A DNA stretch of 64,000 nucleotides from a virus. Where the stretch lies: the IMG/VR virus record IMGVR_UViG_3300027865_000007; one strand, given 5' to 3'. The notes beneath the pieces were generated by a model, which was not told where the DNA came from, made no database searches, and saw only the letters and a list, made by a program, of their open reading frames with translations. Both the position numbers and the translations under genes were made by a program. Of this stretch, positions 9,335-17,533 are shown piece by piece (position 1 is the first letter of the stretch; each line of letters begins with the position of its first letter).

Positions 9335-10126
9335 GTGATGAGACCCCAGTTTTGGAAGGTGCTCGTCATTGCCGCAATTCTTCCTCTAGGATGCGTAGCT
9401 AGGTCGAACACAAACGGAGAAAGATCCTCTACTGATGTGGCTGCCCTACTCTCGGCAGCCCACGTGGACATTGCTAGTATTGTGCAAGAGAGAGGAACAG
9501 GTAGCCTCGTCGGGATGAGCAGAGGCAGCGGCGGAGTCATCGGTAGGATGGACGATAGAGTTCTAATCGTCACCGCCAAGCACGTTATCAGAGACAGGAT
9601 AAGACCTGCAGATGCCACCGTTCAGGAACACAGACTCTTTGTGATGTTTGAGCAAAGGGGAGAGCTGATGCGGGCAAGAGTCGAAGCAAGCTCCGACCGA
9701 GGCGACATCGCAGTCATCTCCTGCGAACCGCCAACAGGGATAGACATCCGTCCACTCCCTCTAGCTACTCGTCTCCCAGAGAGAGGAGACATAGCCTACA
9801 TTGTGGGATCCCCTGGGCACGCTCGGGGACTTATCAGCCACGGCCTGGTAGCTGGTATCTGTGGAGAGACAATGAGTTGTAGTGCGTGTGTAGACGAGGG
9901 TTGTTATATTCTCGATCGCCCGCTCTACCCAGGCAATAGCGGAGGGGTCATAGCTAATACAGACGGAGAACTCATTGGCGTCGCCGTCCAGGTATCCTTC
10001 TTCCGCTTCAGGGGTCTTACTGTAGACCCTTACCTGTCCATCTTTGTTGGAATCGAATTGCTCGAGCCACTTCTTGCTGAGATTGATGACGATCAGCCTC
10101 TGTCTCACACTGGCCCTGAGCGGTAA
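9335..10126 (+). CDS. trypsin-like (S1) serine protease lipoprotein
   Basis: Lipoprotein signal (ILPLGC); catalytic triad contexts TAKHV, GDIAVIS, GNSGGV. Confidence 0.7.
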   Translation: MMRPQFWKVLVIAAILPLGCVARSNTNGERSSTDVAALLSAAHVDIASIVQERGTGSLVGMSRGSGGVIGRMDDRVLIVTAKHVIRDRIRPADATVQEHRLFVMFEQRGELMRARVEASSDRGDIAVISCEPPTGIDIRPLPLATRLPERGDIAYIVGSPGHARGLISHGLVAGICGETMSCSACVDEGCYILDRPLYPGNSGGVIANTDGELIGVAVQVSFFRFRGLTVDPYLSIFVGIELLEPLLAEIDDDQPLSHTGPER

Positions 10127-10167
10127 AGAAACCTCACTAGAGAAGTAGTAGGAATTCTAAGGAATCA

Positions 10168-10542
10168 ATGACTGACAGGGATACAAGCAGTCTCGATGAA
10201 CTGATGAAAGCACCTCGGTGCCTTGCACCTAATGGCTGGACTGCTAAGATGCTCGCCGCGGCACTAAGGAAAGATCCCTATCAGAGCAGGCTAAGCATTA
10301 GCCCCATCGTTCTCCGCCATCCCGTAACGGGCAAGTCAGGAGTGATGGGAGAGTTCGTTGACGATACGGTTGGAGAAGAGAGAGTAGCGGTAGAAACCGA
10401 CGATGCCATTGTATTCATTGCCAGACTGACAAACTCGGCACTAGGCACCGTATTCGTTCCCATCGGAGCCCTAACGACAACAGACTCAGTAGAGAAAGAA
10501 AACCCGCACTATGGGACAGTCGGACCTAAGGAAGAGGATTAG
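10168..10542 (+). CDS. hypothetical protein
   Basis: 124-aa ORF. Confidence 0.45.
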   Translation: MTDRDTSSLDELMKAPRCLAPNGWTAKMLAAALRKDPYQSRLSISPIVLRHPVTGKSGVMGEFVDDTVGEERVAVETDDAIVFIARLTNSALGTVFVPIGALTTTDSVEKENPHYGTVGPKEED

Positions 10543-11305
10543 AGAGTACGAAGATGCCTACAGGACTGTTCTTCCCCGCCGTCTCCCGCTAATCATCAGA
10601 GTAGATGGCAAGAGCTTCCACACTCTCTGTAGGGGAATGGAAAGACCCTGGGATCCTATCCTCAAGCATGCAATGGATACTGCAGCTATGGCTCTCTGCA
10701 TGGGGATTCAAGGGGCGAAGGTAGCCTACACTCAGTCTGATGAGATCACCATCCTGGCGACTGACTACGACGACATAGGGACTCAGTCCTGGTTCGGCAA
10801 GAATCTCCAGAAGATGTGCTCCACCGCTGCGAGCATTGCCTCTGTCACGTTCACTGAAGCCCTACGGTTCGAAGGTGAACTCCTGAGGGAAGGGCCTTAC
10901 AACAGGCTAGCAACCTTTGACGCGAGGTGCTTTATCGTGCCTAGGCACGAGGTCTGCAACGTCTTCATAGATAGACAGCAGGACTGCGTCAGGAATAGCA
11001 TCCAGATGCTAGGTCAGTCCCACTTCTCCCACAAGGAACTACAGGGACTGAGTAACAACGAGATCCAGGAGAAGCTCTTCCAAGAGAGGGAGATCAACTG
11101 GAATGACTGCAAGATCTGGCAGAAGAGAGGGAGATGTGTAGCAAGGAAGCTCTCTATGGACTTTGGATACCCCGGCGAGGGGAAGATCATGGTTACGCCG
11201 CGCCGTCACTGGACAATAGATAGCGAGCCCCCAACCTTCACGCAGGACAGACTATACATCGAGAGATTCGTATGGCCAGAGAAGGATTCGAAAGAGGAAG
11301 AGTAG
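10511..11305 (+). CDS. Thg1-like protein (tRNA-His guanylyltransferase family, 3'-5' nucleotidyltransferase)
   Basis: IIRVDGKSFH ... AYTQSDEITIL ... and the C-terminal half align with Thg1 (VVVRLDGRNFHRF ... AYGQSDEYSFVF). Confidence 0.85.
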   Translation: MGQSDLRKRIREYEDAYRTVLPRRLPLIIRVDGKSFHTLCRGMERPWDPILKHAMDTAAMALCMGIQGAKVAYTQSDEITILATDYDDIGTQSWFGKNLQKMCSTAASIASVTFTEALRFEGELLREGPYNRLATFDARCFIVPRHEVCNVFIDRQQDCVRNSIQMLGQSHFSHKELQGLSNNEIQEKLFQEREINWNDCKIWQKRGRCVARKLSMDFGYPGEGKIMVTPRRHWTIDSEPPTFTQDRLYIERFVWPEKDSKEEE

Positions 11306-11589
11306 AGCACTTCAACTCACAGAGACGCTGGGGTTTCATAGCGCAGGATGACAAACAAGTCCTATTCTTTTTCTCTCGGCGAAATATCTTCGGCGGAAGA
11401 GGCATGAAAGACCTTTGCCAAGGGGATCTTGTCGAGTTCATCCCCTATGCCGGCGGGCCAGAGGAGCTACCGGAGGCAAAAGCAGTCACGCTTATTGAAG
11501 GCTCATTCGTAGATAGATTCGTAAGACTTCTAAACAGTAAATGGGCAGAACCCAAAGCAAAGGAATTCAAGGAGATAGAATGTTCATAG
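11272..11589 (+). CDS. cold-shock domain protein
   Basis: GRVEHFNSQRRWGFIAQDD ... VLFFFS resembles the CspA RNP1/RNP2 region. Confidence 0.55.
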   Translation: MAREGFERGRVEHFNSQRRWGFIAQDDKQVLFFFSRRNIFGGRGMKDLCQGDLVEFIPYAGGPEELPEAKAVTLIEGSFVDRFVRLLNSKWAEPKAKEFKEIECS

Positions 11590-11891
11590 TAGAGTACACC
11601 CAGCACCGCCCCGACGATGATATGCTCACTAGAATTACTCACCACTTCGCGGCAAGTAAGAAGGACCTTCCATCCCTCATCGAGAAAATCGCCGAGACGG
11701 CGGGAGAAGAGGTAAACATCGTCCTAAACAGCTGCACATACGACGAGCTCAACACTAGCTTGAGCCGCGAGGGGCACCTCGATATGTCCCACCCGCTGAG
11801 CGACGTCCTAAAGATCAGGGTCTCCCTAATCCCCACGCAAAAAGAGACCCCAGCAAAGAAAGAGGAAGCAGATGAAGGAAGCGAAGACTGA
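11580..11891 (+). CDS. hypothetical protein
   Basis: ATG at 11580 with AAGGAG RBS 5 nt upstream; acidic C-terminus. Confidence 0.45.
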   Translation: MFIVEYTQHRPDDDMLTRITHHFAASKKDLPSLIEKIAETAGEEVNIVLNSCTYDELNTSLSREGHLDMSHPLSDVLKIRVSLIPTQKETPAKKEEADEGSED

Positions 11892-12513
11892 GATCGTTGT
11901 TCTCCTAGACAGCAGCGGATCTATGCAATGGATCTTCAGCGATACTCTTGGAGGGTTCAACAGGTTTCTAGAAGACCAGAAGGCAGAAGACGGGGAAGCC
12001 TGTCTCTCAATGGTTCAGTTCAACTACAACCCAAAGACAACCTATTGGCGGAAGCCAATTGCCAAAGCTCCCAAGCTCAGTCGAGCCAACTTCAAACCTT
12101 CAGGAGGAACTGCTCTACTGGATGCTTGGGGAGCAACGATGTTGAAGCTCGACGCTGCACTAGAGAAAATGTCAGAGGACGAGCAACCCGAGAACGTTAT
12201 CTTCGTAGTCCTCACAGACGGCCAGGAGAATGCCAGCAAAGAGTACAAGAAGCACCAGATCTTCGATATGGTTAGCAAGTATCGGAAGGAAAAGAACTGG
12301 GAATTTCTTTACCTTGGGGCAAATCAAGATGCAATCGCCGAGGGAGCAGGGCTTGGAGTAAGCGAAGGGTCAACGATGACCTTCAACGCCAGCTCTGATG
12401 GAGTCTCCGGTACCTACGATTCAATCTCCCGAGCAGTAAGGCAGTACAGGAGAGGCTATCGTGGCGACTACTTCTCGGAGGCCGATAGGGAAAAGGCCAA
12501 GAAGGGCTCTTGA
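11872..12513 (+). CDS. von Willebrand factor A (vWA) domain protein
   Basis: MIDAS motif DSSGSM near N-terminus, SGGTAL, VLTDGQEN. Confidence 0.65.
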   Translation: MKEAKTEIVVLLDSSGSMQWIFSDTLGGFNRFLEDQKAEDGEACLSMVQFNYNPKTTYWRKPIAKAPKLSRANFKPSGGTALLDAWGATMLKLDAALEKMSEDEQPENVIFVVLTDGQENASKEYKKHQIFDMVSKYRKEKNWEFLYLGANQDAIAEGAGLGVSEGSTMTFNASSDGVSGTYDSISRAVRQYRRGYRGDYFSEADREKAKKGS

Positions 12514-12685
12514 AACTATAGTGAGGCGTGCTATATTTAGCACTTGAGTGGATCCGCCGAAAGAGAATGAGTAATGAAGACTAACGACATCGCCGCCTTC
12601 TGGTAGATCCCCCGACCTAGAGGTCCCCCGTGGCCGTAAGCATGCAACCTAACGTTTGTTTGTTTCCGACTACGGAGGACTAAAA

Positions 12686-13024
12686 GTGATAGATCAACAA
12701 GTATATAGAAGCCCCGAGCTCTACGAGCTCAAGAAATCAATCGTCAAAGAGTACTGGGATTCCGCTGCTGGACGCGGCGGAGGTACCGATCGACGTAGAT
12801 ATCTACATCTCGCCTACAACTTCCTCAGGGGTATGCCCTACAAGAGAGTAGAGAGCAGAACCCACGAGCACCACCGTCTCAATGTCCGGCACTGGTGGAA
12901 CAACTGGACTAGGATCACTAAGGTAATCCAGGAGTTCGACTCTGACGGCATAGCAGACTGGGCTACCGACGACATCATCGAGAGATGGATCAGGGTAGGA
13001 GAGCCCGAGGAGCAAGTGGCATGA
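12686..13024 (+). CDS. hypothetical protein
   Basis: GTG at 12686 preceded by GGAGGA RBS; the tracked ORF begins at TTG 12656. Confidence 0.45.
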   Translation: MIDQQVYRSPELYELKKSIVKEYWDSAAGRGGGTDRRRYLHLAYNFLRGMPYKRVESRTHEHHRLNVRHWWNNWTRITKVIQEFDSDGIADWATDDIIERWIRVGEPEEQVA

Positions 13025-13341
13025 GGAAGCTATACCTCATCGGCCGCTCCGACCTCCCGCCCGGACTAAGAGCCGCCCAAGTGTGCCACGCAATGAGACT
13101 CTTCGCCGACGAGCATAGTGAGGAGGAGTCCCACTGGTACGAAACCTCTAATACAATAGTGCTGCTCGAGACAGCAGATGAGAATTCTCTGTCATCTCTC
13201 GCAAGTTTGGCTACAGCACGAAGGGTTCCATATTCACTCTTCCGGGAGCCGGACAGAAACGACGAAGCCACAGCAATAGCTCTAGGGCCAAAGGGACATT
13301 CACTATGCAGAAACCTCCCACTGATGCACTCGGAGCAGTAA
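13021..13341 (+). CDS. peptidyl-tRNA hydrolase, PTH2 (archaeal/eukaryotic) family
   Basis: KLYLIGRSDLPPGLRAAQVCHA matches the PTH2 motif (VVRTDL..GKGKIAAQCSHA); a later block also aligns. ATGA overlap with upstream gene. Confidence 0.65.
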   Translation: MRKLYLIGRSDLPPGLRAAQVCHAMRLFADEHSEEESHWYETSNTIVLLETADENSLSSLASLATARRVPYSLFREPDRNDEATAIALGPKGHSLCRNLPLMHSEQ

Positions 13342-13724
13342 TTGAACTAGGCGACTACGTACTCATTAGCTCCGACGGCGGGTCTGGCGGCGGGTTGGAC
13401 AAGTTTGTCGTAGGCCTCGTCTCAATGACTATTCCGAAAGAGGAGCAGAGCCATACCGGCAGATGGAAGGGCGACCTTAGGGTTATCTTTCCACACTACG
13501 ACTTCGCGTCTGGCGGCGGATACGCCACCAACTGGATCCAGGTTGGGAGGCGTTCCCATAGTTGCATTCTGGTCACCACCGCGCAGCTTCTCGGAAGCCC
13601 CGACGTTACCGTTAGCAACGAAATCGCAGACCCAAATACAGGCAAGACCACGCGCAACCTCAAGATCGTTCTCGAGGTAATGGAGGAACGAAGGCAGAAG
13701 GTCATCCTCACGAAGGCAGCTTAG
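13305..13724 (+). CDS. hypothetical protein (paralogue of the next gene)
   Basis: Shared N-terminal KPxTDxLGxxxExxDYVL motif with 13733-14080. Confidence 0.5.
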   Translation: MQKPPTDALGAVIELGDYVLISSDGGSGGGLDKFVVGLVSMTIPKEEQSHTGRWKGDLRVIFPHYDFASGGGYATNWIQVGRRSHSCILVTTAQLLGSPDVTVSNEIADPNTGKTTRNLKIVLEVMEERRQKVILTKAA

Positions 13725-13732
13725 AGAAAGCA

Positions 13733-14080
13733 ATGGAAAAGCCAGCCACCGACGTACTCGGGAAGCATCTAGAGACCAGGGACTATGTCCTATTCCCAAC
13801 AGGGACAGGGTATATCCTAGGGGTTGTAGCCGAGGTCAATCCTACCCAGCACCCGCGGCATGGAACTGTTAGGGTCATCCATCCGTACAAAGGCTACTCT
13901 CTCCACATAGGCAAGGATACAATCACCCGCTGGGGTAGCAAATGGAAGCGAAACCATACCCTAGTCAAGCTAACACAGCACGATATTGAATGTCCTGATC
14001 TTAGGATAGAGAACAAGCTAGACAATCTAGTAGACCTCCTCGAAGAGAAGAGGGTATGGCTAAAGGATAACCCGGCATAG
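13733..14080 (+). CDS. hypothetical protein (paralogue of previous gene)
   Basis: MEKPATDVLGKHLETRDYVL vs MQKPPTDALGAVIELGDYVL. Confidence 0.5.
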   Translation: MEKPATDVLGKHLETRDYVLFPTGTGYILGVVAEVNPTQHPRHGTVRVIHPYKGYSLHIGKDTITRWGSKWKRNHTLVKLTQHDIECPDLRIENKLDNLVDLLEEKRVWLKDNPA

Positions 14081-14145
14081 CTCAGCTGGCCAGAGCCGGC
14101 GTTTCTAATGCGCCGTGTGCCCGGGTTCGAATCCTGGTGCCGGGT
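14071..14145 (+). tRNA. tRNA with anticodon CUA (amber suppressor-type), C1-G72, short variable loop; no encoded CCA
   Basis: Manual cloverleaf: acceptor CCCGGCA/TGCCGGG; U8 A9; D-stem GCTC/GAGC; anticodon stem GGCGU/GCGCC; loop UUCUAAU (anticodon 14105-14107 = CUA); T-arm CCGGG-TTCGAAT-CCTGG. Confidence 0.7.
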
Positions 14146-14167
14146 CTAGAAGAAAACGGAGAGAAAG

Positions 14168-15277
14168 ATGAGTCATCCAACGCTGTACCACAGTGGCAAG
14201 AAAGATAAGATGTATTCCTGGAGGGTCTGGACTGAGGAGGACATGATTTGCACTGAGTTCGGTACCCTCGACGGCGAGAAACAAATCGCCAAGAAGAAGG
14301 CCCTCGGGAAGAACATTGGCAAGAAGAACGAAACCTCGCCAGAGGAGCAGGCAGAGCTTGAAGCCAAGTCGATGTGGCAGAACAAGCTAGACAGGAAGTA
14401 CCGGCTGACGGAGGAAGAGGCCAGCAAACCCCTACCCCTCCCTATGCTAGCTTACGAGTTTAGTAAGAAGGCAGACAAGGTCACCTACCCCTGCGATCTT
14501 CAACCCAAACTAGACGGAGTCAGATGTCTTGCCCGCTGGGAAAACGGAAAGGTGGAACTCCTCAGCAGGAGCGGCAAGCCTTACACCGCCCCAACACACA
14601 TCATCGAAGAGCTAGAGTGCATCCTCCCAACCAACACCATCCTAGATGGAGAGCTCTACGCTCACGGCGAGTCTCTCCAGACCATCAACAGCTGGGTAAA
14701 GAAGAAGAGAGACGAGACCACCCGCATCCTCTTCTGGGCCTACGATGTTATCGACGAGACCCAGCCAAAGGAGCCGTGGGCCTGCAGATGGCATCTTCTC
14801 GTCGGCCTGTTCAACCGTCCAGCATGGAAGACTGCCAGATACGTCGTGCAGACGCCCTGCTACGAGGCCCAAGACGAAGAAGAGATTCACGGTAGCCACG
14901 ACGAATTCCTCGAGCAAGGATTTGAGGGGGCCATCATCCGACTCCCCGATGGGGTCTATCGGTTCGGCTACCGCTCAAACTCCCTCCTGAAAGTCAAGGC
15001 CTTTGACGACGACGAGTTCAAGGTAGTCGGCTACTACGGCGGAAAGACTGAGAAATCAAAGGACTGTGTCACCTTCGAGTGTGCTGTAGGAGATGACAAG
15101 TTCGGAGTCGTACCCAAGGGAACGCTCGGACATAAGAGGCAACTTTACAAGGATGCAGAATCCTATATTGGCAAGTGGCTAAAAGTCCAATACTTCGGGT
15201 TCTCGGATAACGGTACCCCGCTCCTCCCGATAGGTCTTTGCTTTCGCTTAGAGGAAGATATGGATCTAAAGTCGTAA
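14168..15277 (+). CDS. ATP-dependent DNA ligase
   Basis: Motif I KLDGVR, motif IV-like EGAIIR, motif V LLKVK. Confidence 0.8.
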   Translation: MSHPTLYHSGKKDKMYSWRVWTEEDMICTEFGTLDGEKQIAKKKALGKNIGKKNETSPEEQAELEAKSMWQNKLDRKYRLTEEEASKPLPLPMLAYEFSKKADKVTYPCDLQPKLDGVRCLARWENGKVELLSRSGKPYTAPTHIIEELECILPTNTILDGELYAHGESLQTINSWVKKKRDETTRILFWAYDVIDETQPKEPWACRWHLLVGLFNRPAWKTARYVVQTPCYEAQDEEEIHGSHDEFLEQGFEGAIIRLPDGVYRFGYRSNSLLKVKAFDDDEFKVVGYYGGKTEKSKDCVTFECAVGDDKFGVVPKGTLGHKRQLYKDAESYIGKWLKVQYFGFSDNGTPLLPIGLCFRLEEDMDLKS

Positions 15278-15348
15278 ACTCACGTCAGTCCATTTAGTAA
15301 AAGACTGATATCCCCTTCCCGTATGCTACGCTTATTCTTGGAGGACAT

Positions 15349-16038
15349 ATGGGAAGGAAAGTAGATCTTACAGGGAAAAGTTTCGGAAGGTTGGCTGTGA
15401 TCCGAGAGGATGGATATTATCCTGAAGAAGATGGCCAAAGACTCGGGCGCAGGTCTGCCTGGCTCTGCCTCTGCGAATGTGGAAGTGAGAAGAGGGTTAG
15501 AGGGAGCTCCTTGACAAATGGCTCAACTAGAAGCTGCGGATGTCTCGCGACAGAGTCTAGGCAGAGAAATAACCACAAGAAGAAAAAGACCGAGTGTGTG
15601 ATTTGTGGAACAGAAATCGTGTACCGCGCTAGCAGAGCCAAGAAGACCTGCAGCCTAGAGTGCTTCAGGGCCTTCCGGCGGGTATATATCCAACGCTACG
15701 CAGCAGAGACTCCAGAGAACCATCTGCGAAGAGTATTTTACAATGCGAAAGCCAGCGCGAAAATGAGGGGTCTTCCCTTCGATATAACCATCGAGCACAC
15801 ACTCAAACTCCTTAGGAAACAAGGGTATGCCTGTGCCAAAACGGGAATCGGATTCCAATGCTCGAACAATCCACCAGAAAAATCCCCGTGGGCTCCGTCC
15901 CTAGACCAGACTACCCCGGGCGGAGGGTACACAGAAAACAACATCCAGCTTGTATGTCAAATGTACAATTATTGCAAGCATACCTGGAGGCATAAAGATG
16001 TACTTGAGTTTGCAAGGGCTGTTGCGACAGTTCACTGA
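15349..16038 (+). CDS. HNH endonuclease (phage homing-endonuclease type)
   Basis: N-terminal LTGKSFGRL ... WLCLCECG ... SCGC zinc module typical of phage HNH enzymes; C-terminal HNH-like region. Confidence 0.7.
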   Translation: MGRKVDLTGKSFGRLAVIREDGYYPEEDGQRLGRRSAWLCLCECGSEKRVRGSSLTNGSTRSCGCLATESRQRNNHKKKKTECVICGTEIVYRASRAKKTCSLECFRAFRRVYIQRYAAETPENHLRRVFYNAKASAKMRGLPFDITIEHTLKLLRKQGYACAKTGIGFQCSNNPPEKSPWAPSLDQTTPGGGYTENNIQLVCQMYNYCKHTWRHKDVLEFARAVATVH

Positions 16039-16139
16039 GGCTGGACTTCCCAATCTCCCAATCGGGCTGGCATTCCGGCTTGAAGAGGATATGAGCTAGG
16101 CTTGGATTCCAAGCGTGAATTGGTATAGAATCCCCTCTT

Positions 16140-16364
16140 ATGCGACACGCAAAAAAGGCTCTAGCAGCCATCCTCATATTGGCAGCATTTATGCTGACGG
16201 CAGTGGTCTGTACCTCTCCTACGTTCATGGAAGAAGTACAGCATATAGTTGAAATTCCAGCAGTTCTCCTCCTGAAGCCCGTCGAATTCCTCAGTACACA
16301 CAGAGACGATCTTCGTAGAGAATACTGCTACGCAACAGACGAAACCTGTAGGGAAATAGAGTGA
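16140..16364 (+). CDS. hypothetical small secreted/membrane protein
   Basis: N-terminal signal/TM segment (ALAAILILAAFMLTAVVC). Confidence 0.35.
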   Translation: MRHAKKALAAILILAAFMLTAVVCTSPTFMEEVQHIVEIPAVLLLKPVEFLSTHRDDLRREYCYATDETCREIE

Positions 16365-16368
16365 TTAG

Positions 16369-16932
16369 ATGGGTTGGAGCGAAGGTGATAAGAAACTTCT
16401 GTCTGCCACAGCACGGACAGGGGCACTAGGGAAGCGAGAGACTTTAGTTGAGCAGTATCTGACCGAGACCTATCGCCCCGACAAGAAGAGAAGAATCTTA
16501 GACTTTGGCTGTGGGGCCTATGCCAACTCGGTCAAGCGTCTACGCAAGCTAGGCTATAAGATCTCTGGGTATGACTTCTGCCCAGAGACCCCAGTAGGCC
16601 AAGAATCCTACGAAAAAAATCTAGACGAAGGTTTCATTCTCCCTGAGGAAGAGATTGTTATACGACGGTGGGAGCTTATCCTAGCTTCGAACGTTCTAAA
16701 CATCCAACCTTCCCTTGGGGCATTCTATAAAACGATTGGCTCCATCAAGGCCACGGCAAAGGAGGACTCAAAGATCATAGTCAACTTCCCGAGAGATCCC
16801 CGCCGCAACTTTGATGCGGACAGAAAGGGAGACCTAGTATTCAGAGAGCATATGAGAGGATTGTTTCACTCGGTAGATGAGATACGGTTCAAAAGTGGAC
16901 GGATTTGGGTAATGACAATAGGAGAAAGATAA
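16369..16932 (+). CDS. SAM-dependent methyltransferase
   Basis: Motif I ILDFGCGAY. Confidence 0.6.
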   Translation: MGWSEGDKKLLSATARTGALGKRETLVEQYLTETYRPDKKRRILDFGCGAYANSVKRLRKLGYKISGYDFCPETPVGQESYEKNLDEGFILPEEEIVIRRWELILASNVLNIQPSLGAFYKTIGSIKATAKEDSKIIVNFPRDPRRNFDADRKGDLVFREHMRGLFHSVDEIRFKSGRIWVMTIGER

Positions 16933-17165
16933 TGGCAAGAGTAGTAGGCGACACAGGCAAAATTCGCGACGGCAAGAGCAGGAGCAGATACATCAGGGTC
17001 TGCACTGAGACCTCGAACTCTAGGGTTTACCTCAAGAAATTCGATGGCTCACGCCACGCCGTAGGTTCGGGTGAGTTCTCCATACACGAGGAGCAGCTCT
17101 CCAGTCTCATCAACCTCCTGCTTCGGGCAGAGAAGGCAATGGACAGGCGATCCAATGGCTCGTAG
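16932..17165 (+). CDS. hypothetical protein
   Basis: ATG overlapping the upstream stop (TAATG). Confidence 0.4.
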   Translation: MARVVGDTGKIRDGKSRSRYIRVCTETSNSRVYLKKFDGSRHAVGSGEFSIHEEQLSSLINLLLRAEKAMDRRSNGS

Positions 17166-17523
17166 CACAGTCAATGGAAGAAGGATTGCCGTTACTGCCT
17201 CTTTCTGTGAGGACGATCTCGCGGCTCTAGAAGAGTGTGTAGAGGAGTGTACCAAGGCCGCCGCGGCCTTGTTCAGACCGGACAAACTTGATGGAGACCC
17301 TGAAGGTCCAAGCGTCGACGTCACAGGTATCCTTGAGGGAGACCACGACATAGACGACATCGAGAAGCAGTTTAGGATCATCGCGCAGGCGGTTCCAAGC
17401 CTAGAGGCAAAGGCCCACATCGGAGCCCAATGGGAAAGCAAATGGTGCGTTGCCACGCTGTCCCTCCAAGATGGAATTGTTACCGTTGGTTCCCCTGAGA
17501 CAGACGAGGTCTACCCCAACTAG
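17155..17523 (+). CDS. hypothetical acidic protein
   Basis: ATG at 17155; Asp/Glu-rich. Confidence 0.4.
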   Translation: MARSTVNGRRIAVTASFCEDDLAALEECVEECTKAAAALFRPDKLDGDPEGPSVDVTGILEGDHDIDDIEKQFRIIAQAVPSLEAKAHIGAQWESKWCVATLSLQDGIVTVGSPETDEVYPN

Positions 17524-17533
17524 GAGAAGGACA

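Noticed and set aside
14097-14115. Alternative fold of the 14071 tRNA with a 5-bp CGGCG/CGCCG anticodon stem and a 9-nt loop (which would obscure the anticodon)
   Set aside because: That register removes nucleotide 26 and gives a non-standard 9-nt loop. The 7-nt loop closed by a U-G pair keeps canonical numbering (U33, A37) and yields anticodon CUA.
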